A stretch of 32,000 nt of DNA, taken from NCBI RefSeq assembly GCF_016592615.1, contig NZ_AP013043.1, positions 1,290,001 through 1,322,000 on the forward strand, read 5' to 3'. The notes beneath the pieces were generated by a model. It was not told the origin of the DNA. It ran no database searches and worked only from the letters and a program-made list of their open reading frames with translations. This DNA is from Isorropodon fossajaponicum endosymbiont JTNG4 (GTDB lineage Bacteria; Pseudomonadota; Gammaproteobacteria; PS1; Pseudothioglobaceae). Position 1 is the stretch's first letter, and every line of letters begins with the position of its first letter. Made by a program: the position numbers and the translations under genes. Below, one piece after another: positions 1-9,364 of this stretch.

Positions 1-256
1 CCCCATGGCATCTAACTATGTCAAACAGCAAATCAGCCAAAGAATTGGTGGAACACCTACAGTTAGAGAAAACTTTGTCACTGACAATGGCAACTTAATC
101 CTTGATATTAAAGATTTGAAAATCACCAACCCTAAATCAATGGAGACAGAGTTAAACAGCATTACTGGCGTAGTAACCAATGGGCTTTTTGCCAATCGTG
201 GCGCAGATGTTTTATTATTAGGCACACCTAATGATGTGAAAGTCGTGACTGTCTAA
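1..256 (+). CDS. rpiA: ribose-5-phosphate isomerase A, C-terminal part (5' end lies outside the window)
   Basis: The frame is open to the window edge. The translation ...[12 protein letters not shown]...[23 protein letters not shown]... matches the conserved RpiA C-terminus as I recall it from E. coli (VVTDNGNVILDV...[21 protein letters not shown]). Confidence 0.85.
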   Translation, partial: [84 protein letters not shown]

Positions 257-1575
257 TTGGATAAATTCTGATACAAATCTATCAACTGCTCTAAGCGCTC
301 AATTTTAACTGTTAAGACATCAAACAAATCTCGCGACTGGGTAACAGATTTTGCTCGCTGGTAACGAGTAACACTTTCACTTAACTTGCCTTGCAATACC
401 AATGCCTTTGCGTTGTGCATATGCACGCGATCTAACTTGCCAGCACTTACATATAAAGATGAAAGTAACTTATGAGAATGATAAGTGCCCACATTAAGTT
501 TTAAATAACGCCTCAATATACCAACACCCTTAGTGATTTTATTATTAGCTGCATAAGCTTTAGCTGCATAATATATGCTAGTTTCGCTGTCATTCACTTT
601 GGAAAAATATGCTTGTGCCTTATCTATTTGCGCAAGTTTTGAATAAATTCTACCTGCAAGAATATAAGTTGGATTGTCATGATTTAGTTTTAAAAGTTGA
701 CTAATGTGATTTTTAGCTTGTCGATACTTTTGTTTCTCTAAAGCATCGTAAGCGTACATATACAAGTTGAGTACTTTGTTTGTTTCCAATTTAATACGCT
801 TATGTTGATGGTAATACAACTTAGCCTTAATGGTTAAATACTCAAATGAATCTGCTCGATAATCACCACGCTCTCTAGCAGAGCGTTGTATAGAATCAGA
901 AATCCTATTGATGCTGAGCGGATGGGTGCGTAAGAATTCATTTACACCTGGATTGTCTTTAAGTTTTTTAAAAAAGTTCGCCATGCCTTTAGGGTCAAAG
1001 CCAGATTTTAATAGCATTTTAGTCCCTATCCGATCCGCCTCCCACTCATGTGCACGGGTAAAATTAATACTTTGCTGTGCAATTGCTGCAACGCCAGAAA
1101 CTGCAATGGTGGAATTATTCGCCAATACTGCAGCCAGCATACTAGCCAACATTATATAAGTTTGCTTGCCTGTCTTCTCACTAAAACGAGTCAAATGGCT
1201 TTGAGTAACATGTGATATTTCATGAGAAAGAACGCCTGCAAGTTCTGATTCAGAATCAGAACTGAGCAACATGCCAGTATGTACACCAATATAACCATAT
1301 GGACCTGAAAAAGCATTAATACTATCATCGTTCAGCATAAAAAAATCAAGGTGCTTAGATGGATTCTCACTATAAATAGACAATTCTTGACCTAATTTTT
1401 TTAAATAAACTTGAGTTTCAATATCCGCCACCACAGAACTGGTATCCCAAATAATTTGTAAAAATTCATTACCTTGTTTTTGCTCCTGTAGCGACTCGGA
1501 CAAGACCAGCTCAGGCACCTCTAATGCAAACGTAGGTAAAACAATCAATATCCACATTACTAAAAGTTTAATCAT
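253..1575 (-). CDS. bepA: periplasmic M48 zinc metalloprotease with C-terminal TPR repeats (BepA/YfgC-like)
   Basis: 440-aa ORF with a signal-like N-terminus (MIKLLVMWILIVLPTFA) and an HExxH motif (LSHEISHVTQSH). The C-terminal half contains TPR-like repeats (YILAGRIYSKLAQIDKAQAYF...). This architecture equals BepA. Confidence 0.75.
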   Translation of the reverse strand: MIKLLVMWILIVLPTFALEVPELVLSESLQEQKQGNEFLQIIWDTSSVVADIETQVYLKKLGQELSIYSENPSKHLDFFMLNDDSINAFSGPYGYIGVHTGMLLSSDSESELAGVLSHEISHVTQSHLTRFSEKTGKQTYIMLASMLAAVLANNSTIAVSGVAAIAQQSINFTRAHEWEADRIGTKMLLKSGFDPKGMANFFKKLKDNPGVNEFLRTHPLSINRISDSIQRSARERGDYRADSFEYLTIKAKLYYHQHKRIKLETNKVLNLYMYAYDALEKQKYRQAKNHISQLLKLNHDNPTYILAGRIYSKLAQIDKAQAYFSKVNDSETSIYYAAKAYAANNKITKGVGILRRYLKLNVGTYHSHKLLSSLYVSAGKLDRVHMHNAKALVLQGKLSESVTRYQRAKSVTQSRDLFDVLTVKIERLEQLIDLYQNLSN

Positions 1576-1588
1576 GTACTTATTATAT

Positions 1589-1617
1589 TTGACTCTTTAC
1601 CGTTGGACGACTAAAAT
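1589..1617 (+). promoter_or_regulatory. candidate sigma70 promoter for tusA-dsrE2
   Basis: TTGACT (1589-1594), exactly 17 nt of spacer, then TAAAAT (1612-1617). It sits about 70 nt upstream of the tusA ATG in the divergent bepA/tusA intergenic region. Confidence 0.45.
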
Positions 1618-1686
1618 AGCTGAAATTATTAGTTATTTCTAATATGTTTATTATTTAAACTTTAAAAAAATATAAGGAGTCCACAA

Positions 1687-1911
1687 ATGGCTGACGAAAC
1701 TTTAGACGCATCAGGCTTAAACTGCCCATTACCAATTTTAAAAACTAAGAAAGCATTATCCAAAATGGATGCTGGTAAAATCTTAGACGTAATTTCAACT
1801 GATGCTGGTTCAGTAAAAGACATTGAAGCTTTTTGTAATCAAACAGGTAATAAACTTATATCCACTGTTGAAGAAAGTGGTAAATACATCTTCACCATTG
1901 AAAAGGCTTAA
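1687..1911 (+). CDS. tusA: TusA/SirA-family sulfur carrier protein
   Basis: 74-aa ORF carrying the TusA signature GLNCPLPILKTKKAL (CPxP active-site Cys). AAGGAG lies 7 nt upstream of the ATG. Confidence 0.9.
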   Translation: MADETLDASGLNCPLPILKTKKALSKMDAGKILDVISTDAGSVKDIEAFCNQTGNKLISTVEESGKYIFTIEKA

Positions 1912-1939
1912 GTACTAATTATTTCATAGGAGAATCATT

Positions 1940-2455
1940 ATGTCAGACAATAAAAAAATGACTATTATTGCCACCAAAGGAACTTTTGATTGGGCTTTTC
2001 CGCCTTTCATTATTGCCTCTACTGGTGTTGCAATGGATAAAGAAGTCACCATCTTTTTTACCTTTTACGGACTTAATCTTTTATTAAAAGACACCTCTAA
2101 ATTGCGTGTTTCTCCCCTTGGAAATCCTGGCATGCCAATGAAACTGCCTTTTGGTCCTGAATGGCTACAAAAAATTGATTTCGGCCCAAAAATTCCAAAT
2201 ATCTTTTGGTCTTTGCCATTCACAGAATACTTGGCTACTTCTTTAATGAAGAAAACCATGAAGAAAAATGGCGTTGCAACGCTTGATGAGTTGCGCTCTA
2301 TATGTCAGGAATTTGATGTTAAATTTATCGCTTGTGAAATGACCGTTGATTTATTCGGCTATAGTAAAGACGACTTCATTGATGGTGTTGAATTTGCAGG
2401 TGCAGCGACTTACTTTGAAGAATGTGATGGCTCAAATCATAACCTTTATATGTAA
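1940..2455 (+). CDS. dsrE2: DsrE/DsrF-like family protein (COG2210 type, DsrE2-like)
   Basis: 171 aa, immediately after tusA, with an AGGAG ribosome-binding site. The N-terminus (MTIIATKGTFDWAFPPFIIASTGVAMDKEVTIFFTFYGLNLL) and the conserved Cys context (KFIACEMT) are typical of the DsrE2/YrkE-like group. The tusA-dsrE2 pairing is known from purple sulfur bacteria. Confidence 0.65.
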   Translation: MSDNKKMTIIATKGTFDWAFPPFIIASTGVAMDKEVTIFFTFYGLNLLLKDTSKLRVSPLGNPGMPMKLPFGPEWLQKIDFGPKIPNIFWSLPFTEYLATSLMKKTMKKNGVATLDELRSICQEFDVKFIACEMTVDLFGYSKDDFIDGVEFAGAATYFEECDGSNHNLYM

Positions 2456-2493
2456 TAAATTTTTATTATTTATCAATAAAAAAAGAAACAGCG

Positions 2494-3147
2494 TTATGTC
2501 CAATCTAGGCACTTCCAACCTCGCTCAATTGCAAGGGTATTTAGCTTATCATCGCCATGAACAACAATTGGATAATCTACCAATTCTAACATGGGTAAAT
2601 CATTATATGAATCTGAATAAAAACTTGCACCTTTGATATTTTTGCCAGTCTCTTTCAACCATTTATTAAGATGATTAATTTTGCCGGATTGAAAACACGG
2701 TTCACCCTCAACTTTACCTGTATATTGACTTTCTTTAATCTCGGGATTGGTGGCTAATAAATGCTCAATCCCATATCTAGCCACAATTGGCGCAGTAACA
2801 AAGCGATTGGTGGCAGTAATCACTATTACAATATCACCTTTTGCTTTATGCGCGTCAACCACTGTTTGAGCTTTAGGCAATAAAATTTTCTCAATCTTCT
2901 GGCTCATAAACTGCTGATGCCATTGGTTTAATGTCTGTATAGAATGTTGAGATAAAGGCATTAGGCAAAATTCTAAATACTCATTAATGTCTAATTTTCC
3001 AAGTGCGTATTGGTCAAAAAAATACTGGTTTTTGCTTTGATAAGTGCCCACATCAACAGCACCAATTTCACTTAAAAATTCTCCCCAAAGAAAATCACTG
3101 TCTCCTTTAATAAGTGTTTTGTCTAAATCAAAAATTGCAAGTGCCAT
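2494..3147 (-). CDS. HAD-IB family hydrolase (SerB-like phosphatase superfamily)
   Basis: N-terminal HAD motif I (AIFDLDKTLIKGDSD), 217 aa, and an acidic SDSYNDLPML motif in the C-terminal part. Its start overlaps the stop of the upstream gene (TAATG). Confidence 0.75.
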   Translation of the reverse strand: MALAIFDLDKTLIKGDSDFLWGEFLSEIGAVDVGTYQSKNQYFFDQYALGKLDINEYLEFCLMPLSQHSIQTLNQWHQQFMSQKIEKILLPKAQTVVDAHKAKGDIVIVITATNRFVTAPIVARYGIEHLLATNPEIKESQYTGKVEGEPCFQSGKINHLNKWLKETGKNIKGASFYSDSYNDLPMLELVDYPIVVHGDDKLNTLAIERGWKCLDWT

Positions 3148-3740
3148 TACGTCTCCTTAATACTGGCTAGTATTTGCTCTATCTCATCAACAAGGCAAAA
3201 TAAATTTAAATCTTGTTGACTAATATAGCCTTGCTGTACAAGTGTTTCAAACCAAGTAATGATAGGTGACCAAAATGACACGTCCAGCAAGAAGATTTTA
3301 ATACGCTTGCCTTTTCTAGTTTGCACCAAAGTTAATACTTCCATCAGCTCATCAGCTGTCCCAAAACCACCAGGGAAGAAGACGCAAGCATCTGCATACT
3401 TAATCAAAGTAACCTTGCGGGTAAAAAAATGCTCAAACAGTAAGCACTCGTCCAAATATGGGTTGGGGCTTTGCTCCTTGGGTAATTTAATATTAAGCCC
3501 GATACTGCTTGATTTTCCATCAAATGCGCCTTGATTTGCAGCTTGCATAATGCCAGGACCAGCACCCGTTAGTATATTAAACCCACTATCAGATAATAAT
3601 TTACCCAATTGATACGCTTTTTTTGCTAAATCATGCTCTTGGTTAATTCTTGCAGAGCCAAAAATAGTGATATTATTGCTAAAATTATCCAACAACTTAG
3701 TAGCATTAATCAACTCTGATTTAACCACATCAATCTTCAT
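3147..3740 (-). CDS. LOG-family / TIGR00730 Rossmann-fold nucleotide-binding protein
   Basis: ITIFGSARI...ILTGAGPGIMQAANQGA...PGGFGTADELMEVLT (the PGGxGTxxE motif). Confidence 0.8.
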   Translation of the reverse strand: MKIDVVKSELINATKLLDNFSNNITIFGSARINQEHDLAKKAYQLGKLLSDSGFNILTGAGPGIMQAANQGAFDGKSSSIGLNIKLPKEQSPNPYLDECLLFEHFFTRKVTLIKYADACVFFPGGFGTADELMEVLTLVQTRKGKRIKIFLLDVSFWSPIITWFETLVQQGYISQQDLNLFCLVDEIEQILASIKET

Positions 3741-3746
3741 AAAAAT

Positions 3747-5033
3747 TTATGTCAGTTTTATAAATGCGCGCCCAGCTGCATCAATGGTATTTTGAATATC
3801 TGCATCGCTATGAGCACTGGAAACAAAACCCGCCTCATAAGCAGAAGGTGCCATATACACACCCTCTGCCAACATTAGGTGGTAGAATTTTTTAAACAAT
3901 TCAACATTACATTGTGAGGTCTCTTTAAAGTTAGTTACTGATTGAGAGTCGGTAAAAAATAGACCAAACATACCGCCCACAACATTAGCAGTCATGCCGA
4001 TATTGTTTTCCTTGGCTTTAGCCAAAATACCCTTTGTTAACTTCTGAACTTTGGCATTTAAGGCGGTATAAAAATTCTCATCTTTTGATAATGCGTTTAA
4101 CATTGCCAAACCTGCTGACATTGATATTGGATTACCCGAAAGCGTTCCTGCTTGATAAACAGGGCCTAATGGCGCGATTGATTGCATAATGTCACGCTTG
4201 CCACCAAATGCACCCACTGGCAAACCACCGCCAATCACCTTACCCAATGTTGTTAAATCAGGTTTTACGTTATAAAGCGCTTGTGCACCGCCAAGTGCGA
4301 CGCGAAAGCCTGTCATTACTTCATCAAAGATTAAAATAACCCCATACTCATCACACAATTCGCGTAATCCTTGCAAAAAACCGTCGGTAGGTAGGATGCA
4401 GTTCATATTACCTGCCACAGGTTCAACAATAATACAAGCCACTTCAGCGCCCGTTTCACTTAATACTTCACGCACTTGGTCAATATTGTTGTATTCTAAA
4501 GTCAGCGTGTACTTTGCAAAATCTTTAGGTACGCCAGGTGAGGTTGGTACACCCAATGTCAAAGCGCCAGAACCTGCTTTAACCAGTAATGAGTCAGAAT
4601 GGCCATGATAACAACCTTCAAATTTAATAATCTTATCTCTGCCCGTATGACCACGCGCCAAACGAATGGCACTCATGGTTGCCTCTGTACCTGAACTGAC
4701 CATACGAACCAACTCAATTGAAGGCATTAGCTCGCATACTTTTTCTGCCAGTATTGTTTCAATTTGAGTAGGTGTGCCAAAACCAAGACCGTTTTCCAAA
4801 GTAGCTTTAACAGCGCTAATAACCGCTTGATTAGCGTGACCTAAAATCATCGGCCCCCAAGAGGCAACATAATCGATATATTTTTTACCATCCGCATCAA
4901 AAAGATAAGCACCCTCGCCGCGAGTAAAGAAAATAGGACTGCCACCCACACCATTAAATGCCCTAACTGGTGAGTTTACCCCACCAGGAATGACAGTTTT
5001 TGCTTGTGCAAATAAAGTTTCTGATTGATTCAT
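3747..5033 (-). CDS. hemL: glutamate-1-semialdehyde 2,1-aminomutase
   Basis: 428 aa. N-terminus [20 protein letters not shown], class-III aminotransferase body, typical HemL length. Confidence 0.93.
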   Translation of the reverse strand: MNQSETLFAQAKTVIPGGVNSPVRAFNGVGGSPIFFTRGEGAYLFDADGKKYIDYVASWGPMILGHANQAVISAVKATLENGLGFGTPTQIETILAEKVCELMPSIELVRMVSSGTEATMSAIRLARGHTGRDKIIKFEGCYHGHSDSLLVKAGSGALTLGVPTSPGVPKDFAKYTLTLEYNNIDQVREVLSETGAEVACIIVEPVAGNMNCILPTDGFLQGLRELCDEYGVILIFDEVMTGFRVALGGAQALYNVKPDLTTLGKVIGGGLPVGAFGGKRDIMQSIAPLGPVYQAGTLSGNPISMSAGLAMLNALSKDENFYTALNAKVQKLTKGILAKAKENNIGMTANVVGGMFGLFFTDSQSVTNFKETSQCNVELFKKFYHLMLAEGVYMAPSAYEAGFVSSAHSDADIQNTIDAAGRAFIKLT

Positions 5034-5070
5034 GTCTTCTCCTGTTTGTTAATAAACGAGCCTTGTACAT

Positions 5071-6078
5071 TTATTGGGTAATTTGTGGATATTGTTTTAA
5101 ATGAGCGATATGCGACCATACAATTAAAATATTATCCAATAATAACTTAATATTAACGGTAGTTTTTGATAGTTTAATGGCATGATAAATATCATCCAGT
5201 AGTTTGAATAAAAACTCAAATTTTACTGCTTTGATAACTTGATTTAGCTCAATCAACCCGCCTTCTTGATGAGTGGTCTTTAACCTGATTCCTTCAATAA
5301 CAATATTTTGCAAGCAATTTAAAACTACCAACTCATTGCCCTCAAACTCTTTAATTTGTGTCACCATTAATGGATTGATGGCAATATTAAGCAACTGGTT
5401 TTGGTAATGTTGATAATGGATAAAACTACCATCAAACAACTCAGACAACACCTTAAATGGAACGCCATGTGTATTTTCTAATAACTGCGGAATATCAAAA
5501 TCTGCATTTTGAGTTTTGCCAATATGTCCAATTAACCACTGACAAGTTTGTTGGTCATACGCCGGTGCAATATGTATATTTTGACATCTTGATACAACAG
5601 TAGCTGGCAAATTTTCAACATGGTGCGCCAAGATAATAATAAGCGTATTTTTTCTAGGCTCTTCAAGAGTTTTTAACAAACCATTAGCAGCACTCGTGTT
5701 CATTTGGTCGCCATAAAAAATAACCCCAATTTGTAACTGATCAGCGGTTTTGTTCAAAGCATCACAAAAAACACGCACTTGGTCAATACGGATATCCTTA
5801 GACCTATTTTTGCTTTTTTCAACCATCTCTCCTGCACGACAATAAACCATATTGGGGTAATTTGAGCGTCTAATTAATACAGGATAATCCAAATCCTCTC
5901 TAGTATTGTCTTTCCTAATAATAACGTCATCTTTTAACAACACACCTACTAATTGTTGCATGAGTTCAAATTTGCCAATTTTTTCAGCACCCGTAATCAA
6001 TAATGCGTGAGGTAGATGATCTTGATCAATCATCTTTTGTAGTTTAGACCATGCATTTTCGTGCCAAGGAAGATTCAT
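5071..6078 (-). CDS. holB: DNA polymerase III delta' subunit
   Basis: 335 aa, with LPHALLITGAEKIGK (degenerate P-loop) and LKTLEEP. It sits directly downstream of tmk with a 4-nt overlap, as in E. coli. Confidence 0.85.
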   Translation of the reverse strand: MNLPWHENAWSKLQKMIDQDHLPHALLITGAEKIGKFELMQQLVGVLLKDDVIIRKDNTREDLDYPVLIRRSNYPNMVYCRAGEMVEKSKNRSKDIRIDQVRVFCDALNKTADQLQIGVIFYGDQMNTSAANGLLKTLEEPRKNTLIIILAHHVENLPATVVSRCQNIHIAPAYDQQTCQWLIGHIGKTQNADFDIPQLLENTHGVPFKVLSELFDGSFIHYQHYQNQLLNIAINPLMVTQIKEFEGNELVVLNCLQNIVIEGIRLKTTHQEGGLIELNQVIKAVKFEFLFKLLDDIYHAIKLSKTTVNIKLLLDNILIVWSHIAHLKQYPQITQ

Positions 6079-6692
6079 AATGTTTGTAAAATGGTTTTGA
6101 CTTGTTGGGTGGTCTGCTTAAGTGTTTTTGAGGCGTCAATGAGCTTAATTCGCTTGGGAAATTGCTTAGACCTTTCAATATAGCCGTCTCTCACACGGTT
6201 AAAAAAGTCATGTGTTTCAAGTTCAATTCTATCTTTGTGGTCTCTAGATTCAATTCGTGACATGCCTAGTGCAACTGGCACATCTAATAGTAAAGTCACA
6301 TCAGGGGCAAAACCTTGCAACACCCATTTTTCCAAAAGTGTAATGCGTTCAACACTTAAACCTCTACCGCCACCTTGATAAGCATACGAAGCATCCGTAA
6401 AGCGATCACTTAACACCCAATCGCCTTTTTCAAGTGCCGGCATAATTTTAGTCTTAATATGCTCATTTCTAGCAGCAAACATTAATAATAACTCAGTATC
6501 ACCATGCATTGATTGGGTGTCAGTGCTTAATAATAATGTCCTGATTTTTTCACCTAACTCCGTGCCACCCGGTTCACGCGTTAAAATAACATTGATGTTT
6601 TTTTTGGCTAAATAGTCGCAAATAAAATCAATTTGTGTACTTTTCCCAGCACCCTCAACGCCATCAATGGTGATAAATTTTCCTCTTTGCAT
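6075..6692 (-). CDS. tmk: thymidylate kinase
   Basis: GKFITIDGVEGAGKSTQ P-loop, TREPGGT motif, 205 aa. Confidence 0.93.
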   Translation of the reverse strand: MQRGKFITIDGVEGAGKSTQIDFICDYLAKKNINVILTREPGGTELGEKIRTLLLSTDTQSMHGDTELLLMFAARNEHIKTKIMPALEKGDWVLSDRFTDASYAYQGGGRGLSVERITLLEKWVLQGFAPDVTLLLDVPVALGMSRIESRDHKDRIELETHDFFNRVRDGYIERSKQFPKRIKLIDASKTLKQTTQQVKTILQTL

Positions 6693-6714
6693 GTCAGATA
6701 TTTTATATAGATAT

Positions 6715-7587
6715 TTATTGATTTTTTAGGTACTTGTTGATATTATCTTTATGCTGTTGATAGGTATTTGCAAAAGCGTGAGTACCACCCTTTTTAGCAA
6801 CAAAATAAAGCGCATCGCTCATGTGTGGGTGCGTGGCTGCATGTAACGAATCTGCACCTACCGAGGAGATTGGCCCTGGTGGCAAGCCTTTATCTCTATA
6901 GGTATTGCAAGGGCTTTTAAATTTTAAATCTTGTTTTTTAAGTGGCGCTTGGTAGTGTTCACCCAGTGCATAAACCACACTTGGGTCGGTTTGCAAACGC
7001 ATGCTTTTTTGCAAGCGATGAATGGACACACCTGAAATTTTGGGTTTTTCTTGTGCATTGGCTGTTTCTTTTTCAATTAAAGAGGCAAGTACTAACGCTT
7101 GTTCAGCATTTTCCAAGGGTAGAGTGTCAGCCCTATTACGCCAAGCAAGTGCAAGTTTTTGACGCATCATCTGATGAGCTCTTTTAAACACACTAAGCAC
7201 ACTATCGCCATAATTAATTTGATAAGTATCTGGCCAAAAATAGCCATCATACGGATGGCTTTGCTTAATTTCAGTCATGATTTCTGCTAAAGTTTTGCTA
7301 GATTTTAGTGCTTTCATATTAACCAATTTTTGATAATAGTCATCAATAGTATTGTCCTCAATTAAGGCAATACTTCTGGTCGCCACTTTTGCAGATATAA
7401 AATGATTCAACAAATTAATCACGCTCATATTCGCATTAATATCATAATAACCCGATTTAATTTTTGACTCAAGATTGAGCGATTTGGCAAGTAACCGCAT
7501 AAAAATACCAGAGTTGATATAGCCCAGATACTCTAGATTATTTGCAGTTAAACAAAGGCTGGTCCCTTGAGGATATTTGATACACAA
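6715..7587 (-). CDS. mltG: endolytic murein transglycosylase MltG (YceG-like); the catalytic part is in this frame and the N-terminal TM segment lies in the pabC frame (apparent frameshift)
   Basis: YceG-family motifs are present: LASLIEKET, RLQTDPSVVYALG, YNTYRDKGLPPGPISSVG, LYFVAKKGGTHAF. The ORF opens only at a TTG with no TM helix. The expected TM helix (YLKFIIVFLAISLLFWMYW) is encoded just upstream in the +1-shifted frame, which is continuous with pabC. Confidence 0.8.
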   Translation of the reverse strand: MCIKYPQGTSLCLTANNLEYLGYINSGIFMRLLAKSLNLESKIKSGYYDINANMSVINLLNHFISAKVATRSIALIEDNTIDDYYQKLVNMKALKSSKTLAEIMTEIKQSHPYDGYFWPDTYQINYGDSVLSVFKRAHQMMRQKLALAWRNRADTLPLENAEQALVLASLIEKETANAQEKPKISGVSIHRLQKSMRLQTDPSVVYALGEHYQAPLKKQDLKFKSPCNTYRDKGLPPGPISSVGADSLHAATHPHMSDALYFVAKKGGTHAFANTYQQHKDNINKYLKNQ

Positions 7588-8512
7588 CTGAATTATTTGC
7601 TTTGATAGTATTTGCCCAATACATCCAAAATAGCAAAGAAATCGCTAAAAATACAATAATAAACTTCAAATAAGGCTGTTTTGATTTAAGCAAAATTGAT
7701 GATGAGTGGTTATTTTTAGAGCGAGCAAAAGCACTGATTAATTGATTTGTGATTTGATGATGGCTAAATAATTGCTGATTAATTTTAGCCACAGGCTTAA
7801 TACCTATCACACTATTAGTGATAAACACTTCATCTGCTTCAAGTAGTTTGATTAATGACAAAGAACAAATCTCAAGTTGCAATCCTAGTACTTGTGCCAA
7901 ATCAAAAACCACGGATCTTCGAGTGCCTTCAATACCACAATTAGTCAAACTGGATGTAAAAATCACCTGATTGCGAATGGCAAAAATATTACCTTGAGTC
8001 ACTGAAATGACCTGAGCATTTTCATCCAACATAATACACTCTTGCGTTTGCAATTCTGACCTTGCAAGAATTTGCTCTAAGCGATTACAATGCTTAATTT
8101 CAGACAATAATTGATTACTTACGTAGCCACTAGAACACACACCCAACTCATATTGCCACGGCAAATCAGGCACAGGGGAAATAATGATAATACGAGTTGG
8201 CTTGATGTTTTTCTCATAGCCATAACCTCTTGTACTCTCGCCACGAGAAAGTATAATTTTAACCACGGCTCGGTCTAACTTGGAAATAGCGAACGCTTTA
8301 GCAATTTCCTTGAGCCAAATAGCCTCACTCACTGGATGAATTTTTAACTTATCGCAACCTTTTTTTAACCTTGAAAAGTGCTTGGACCAAAACAACACTC
8401 TAGCATCTTCAATTAAACAAGTTTCAAACAAGCCATCACCAAATTGCACAAGACGATTAAGCGCACTGAGCTTGGTTTGTTTTTTCCCATTAATTAATAA
8501 GGTGCTATCCAT
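7538..8512 (-). CDS. pabC: aminodeoxychorismate lyase (class IV aminotransferase fold); the ORF runs about 55 codons past the expected end into the mltG N-terminus
   Basis: FGDGLFET near the N-terminus, class-IV fold length of about 265-270 aa, and a position upstream of mltG-tmk-holB as in E. coli. The last ~55 residues look like an MltG signal-anchor. Confidence 0.75.
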   Translation of the reverse strand: MDSTLLINGKKQTKLSALNRLVQFGDGLFETCLIEDARVLFWSKHFSRLKKGCDKLKIHPVSEAIWLKEIAKAFAISKLDRAVVKIILSRGESTRGYGYEKNIKPTRIIIISPVPDLPWQYELGVCSSGYVSNQLLSEIKHCNRLEQILARSELQTQECIMLDENAQVISVTQGNIFAIRNQVIFTSSLTNCGIEGTRRSVVFDLAQVLGLQLEICSLSLIKLLEADEVFITNSVIGIKPVAKINQQLFSHHQITNQLISAFARSKNNHSSSILLKSKQPYLKFIIVFLAISLLFWMYWANTIKANNSVVYQISSRDQPLFNCK

Positions 8513-8632
8513 AAGATAACATTATAATTCAATGTATGAAATTACTATCTTGAGATATGAAAATCACTTAAAAATAAATTTTCATCATTTAGCTTAATAC
8601 TCTCATCAAAAAAACGCAAGCCCAAGGTCTTC

Positions 8633-9364
8633 ATGAAAAAAACTGTTCAACAGTTTATTAAAAATCTAACTGATAGCGCTAAAGATTTAGCCCCCATTAT
8701 AGGCGTGATTGCTTTTTTCCAAATCGTTGTGCTTCAGCAAAGCATTCCTAACTTAATGGATATTATAATTGGAACAGGGTTTGTTTTATTGGGCTTGACT
8801 TTATTCATCTACGGACTCAAATTAGGGCTGTTTCCCATTGGTGAAACACTGGCTTATGGCTTTGTCAAAAAGGGTTCAATTTTTTGGTTGCTTTTATTCG
8901 CCTTTGCCTTGGGGTTTGGCACCACAATGGCAGAACCTGCCCTTATAGCAGTGGCCAATGAAGCGGCTAAAGTTGCTCAACTGGGTGGCATTGTCAATAC
9001 ACAAATAGAACTTAATAATTATGCACAAACATTGCGCTTTACTGTGGCTATTTCTGCAGGTTTGGCTGTGGTGATCGGCGTGCTTAGAATTTTAAAAGGC
9101 TGGCCAATACAATACTTAATTATTGGTGGTTATCTTCTAGTAATTGCCACCACTTTTTTTGCACCAGACTTTATCATCGGCATCGCTTATGATTCAGGTG
9201 GCGTAACTACTAGTACTATCACTGTACCACTACTCACCGCACTCGGTGTTGGCTTGGCAAGTTCAATTAGTGGTAGAAATCCTTTAACCGATGGCTTTGG
9301 CATGATTGCCATCACCGCACTGCTACCCATTATTGCAGTGATGTTATTTGGTATATTGCTATGA
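8633..9364 (+). CDS. polytopic membrane protein, DUF1538-type (paralog A)
   Basis: 243 aa with several hydrophobic helices and the motifs [15 protein letters not shown] and [16 protein letters not shown], which I recognise as the DUF1538 (PF07556) family. This assignment was not verified by a search. Confidence 0.7.
   Translation: MKKTVQQFIKNLTDSAKDLAPIIGVIAFFQIVVLQQSIPNLMDIIIGTGFVLLGLTLFIYGLKLGLFPIGETLAYGFVKKGSIFWLLLFAFALGFGTTMAEPALIAVANEAAKVAQLGGIVNTQIELNNYAQTLRFTVAISAGLAVVIGVLRILKGWPIQYLIIGGYLLVIATTFFAPDFIIGIAYDSGGVTTSTITVPLLTALGVGLASSISGRNPLTDGFGMIAITALLPIIAVMLFGILL

Noticed and set aside
908-1159. Short antisense ORFs embedded in well-supported genes (908-1159, 2065-2259, 3259-3534, 4396-4608, 6942-7187, 13836-14060, 18234-18671, 20279-20536, 20974-21165, 23701-24504, 25952-26531, 27057-27676, 28131-28751)
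   Set aside because: Each lies wholly inside a long ORF with clear family motifs on the other strand. They have low-complexity, unrecognisable translations and lack ribosome-binding sites. They are the expected shadow ORFs.
2455-2473. ATAAAT-ttttatt-ATTTAT hairpin between the convergent dsrE2 and HAD genes
   Set aside because: The stem is only 6 bp and pure A/T, which is expected by chance in this composition.
2346-2636. 96-aa ORF spanning the dsrE2 3' end, the intergenic gap and the HAD 3' end
   Set aside because: It is out of frame or antisense to two supported genes, and no motif is visible.
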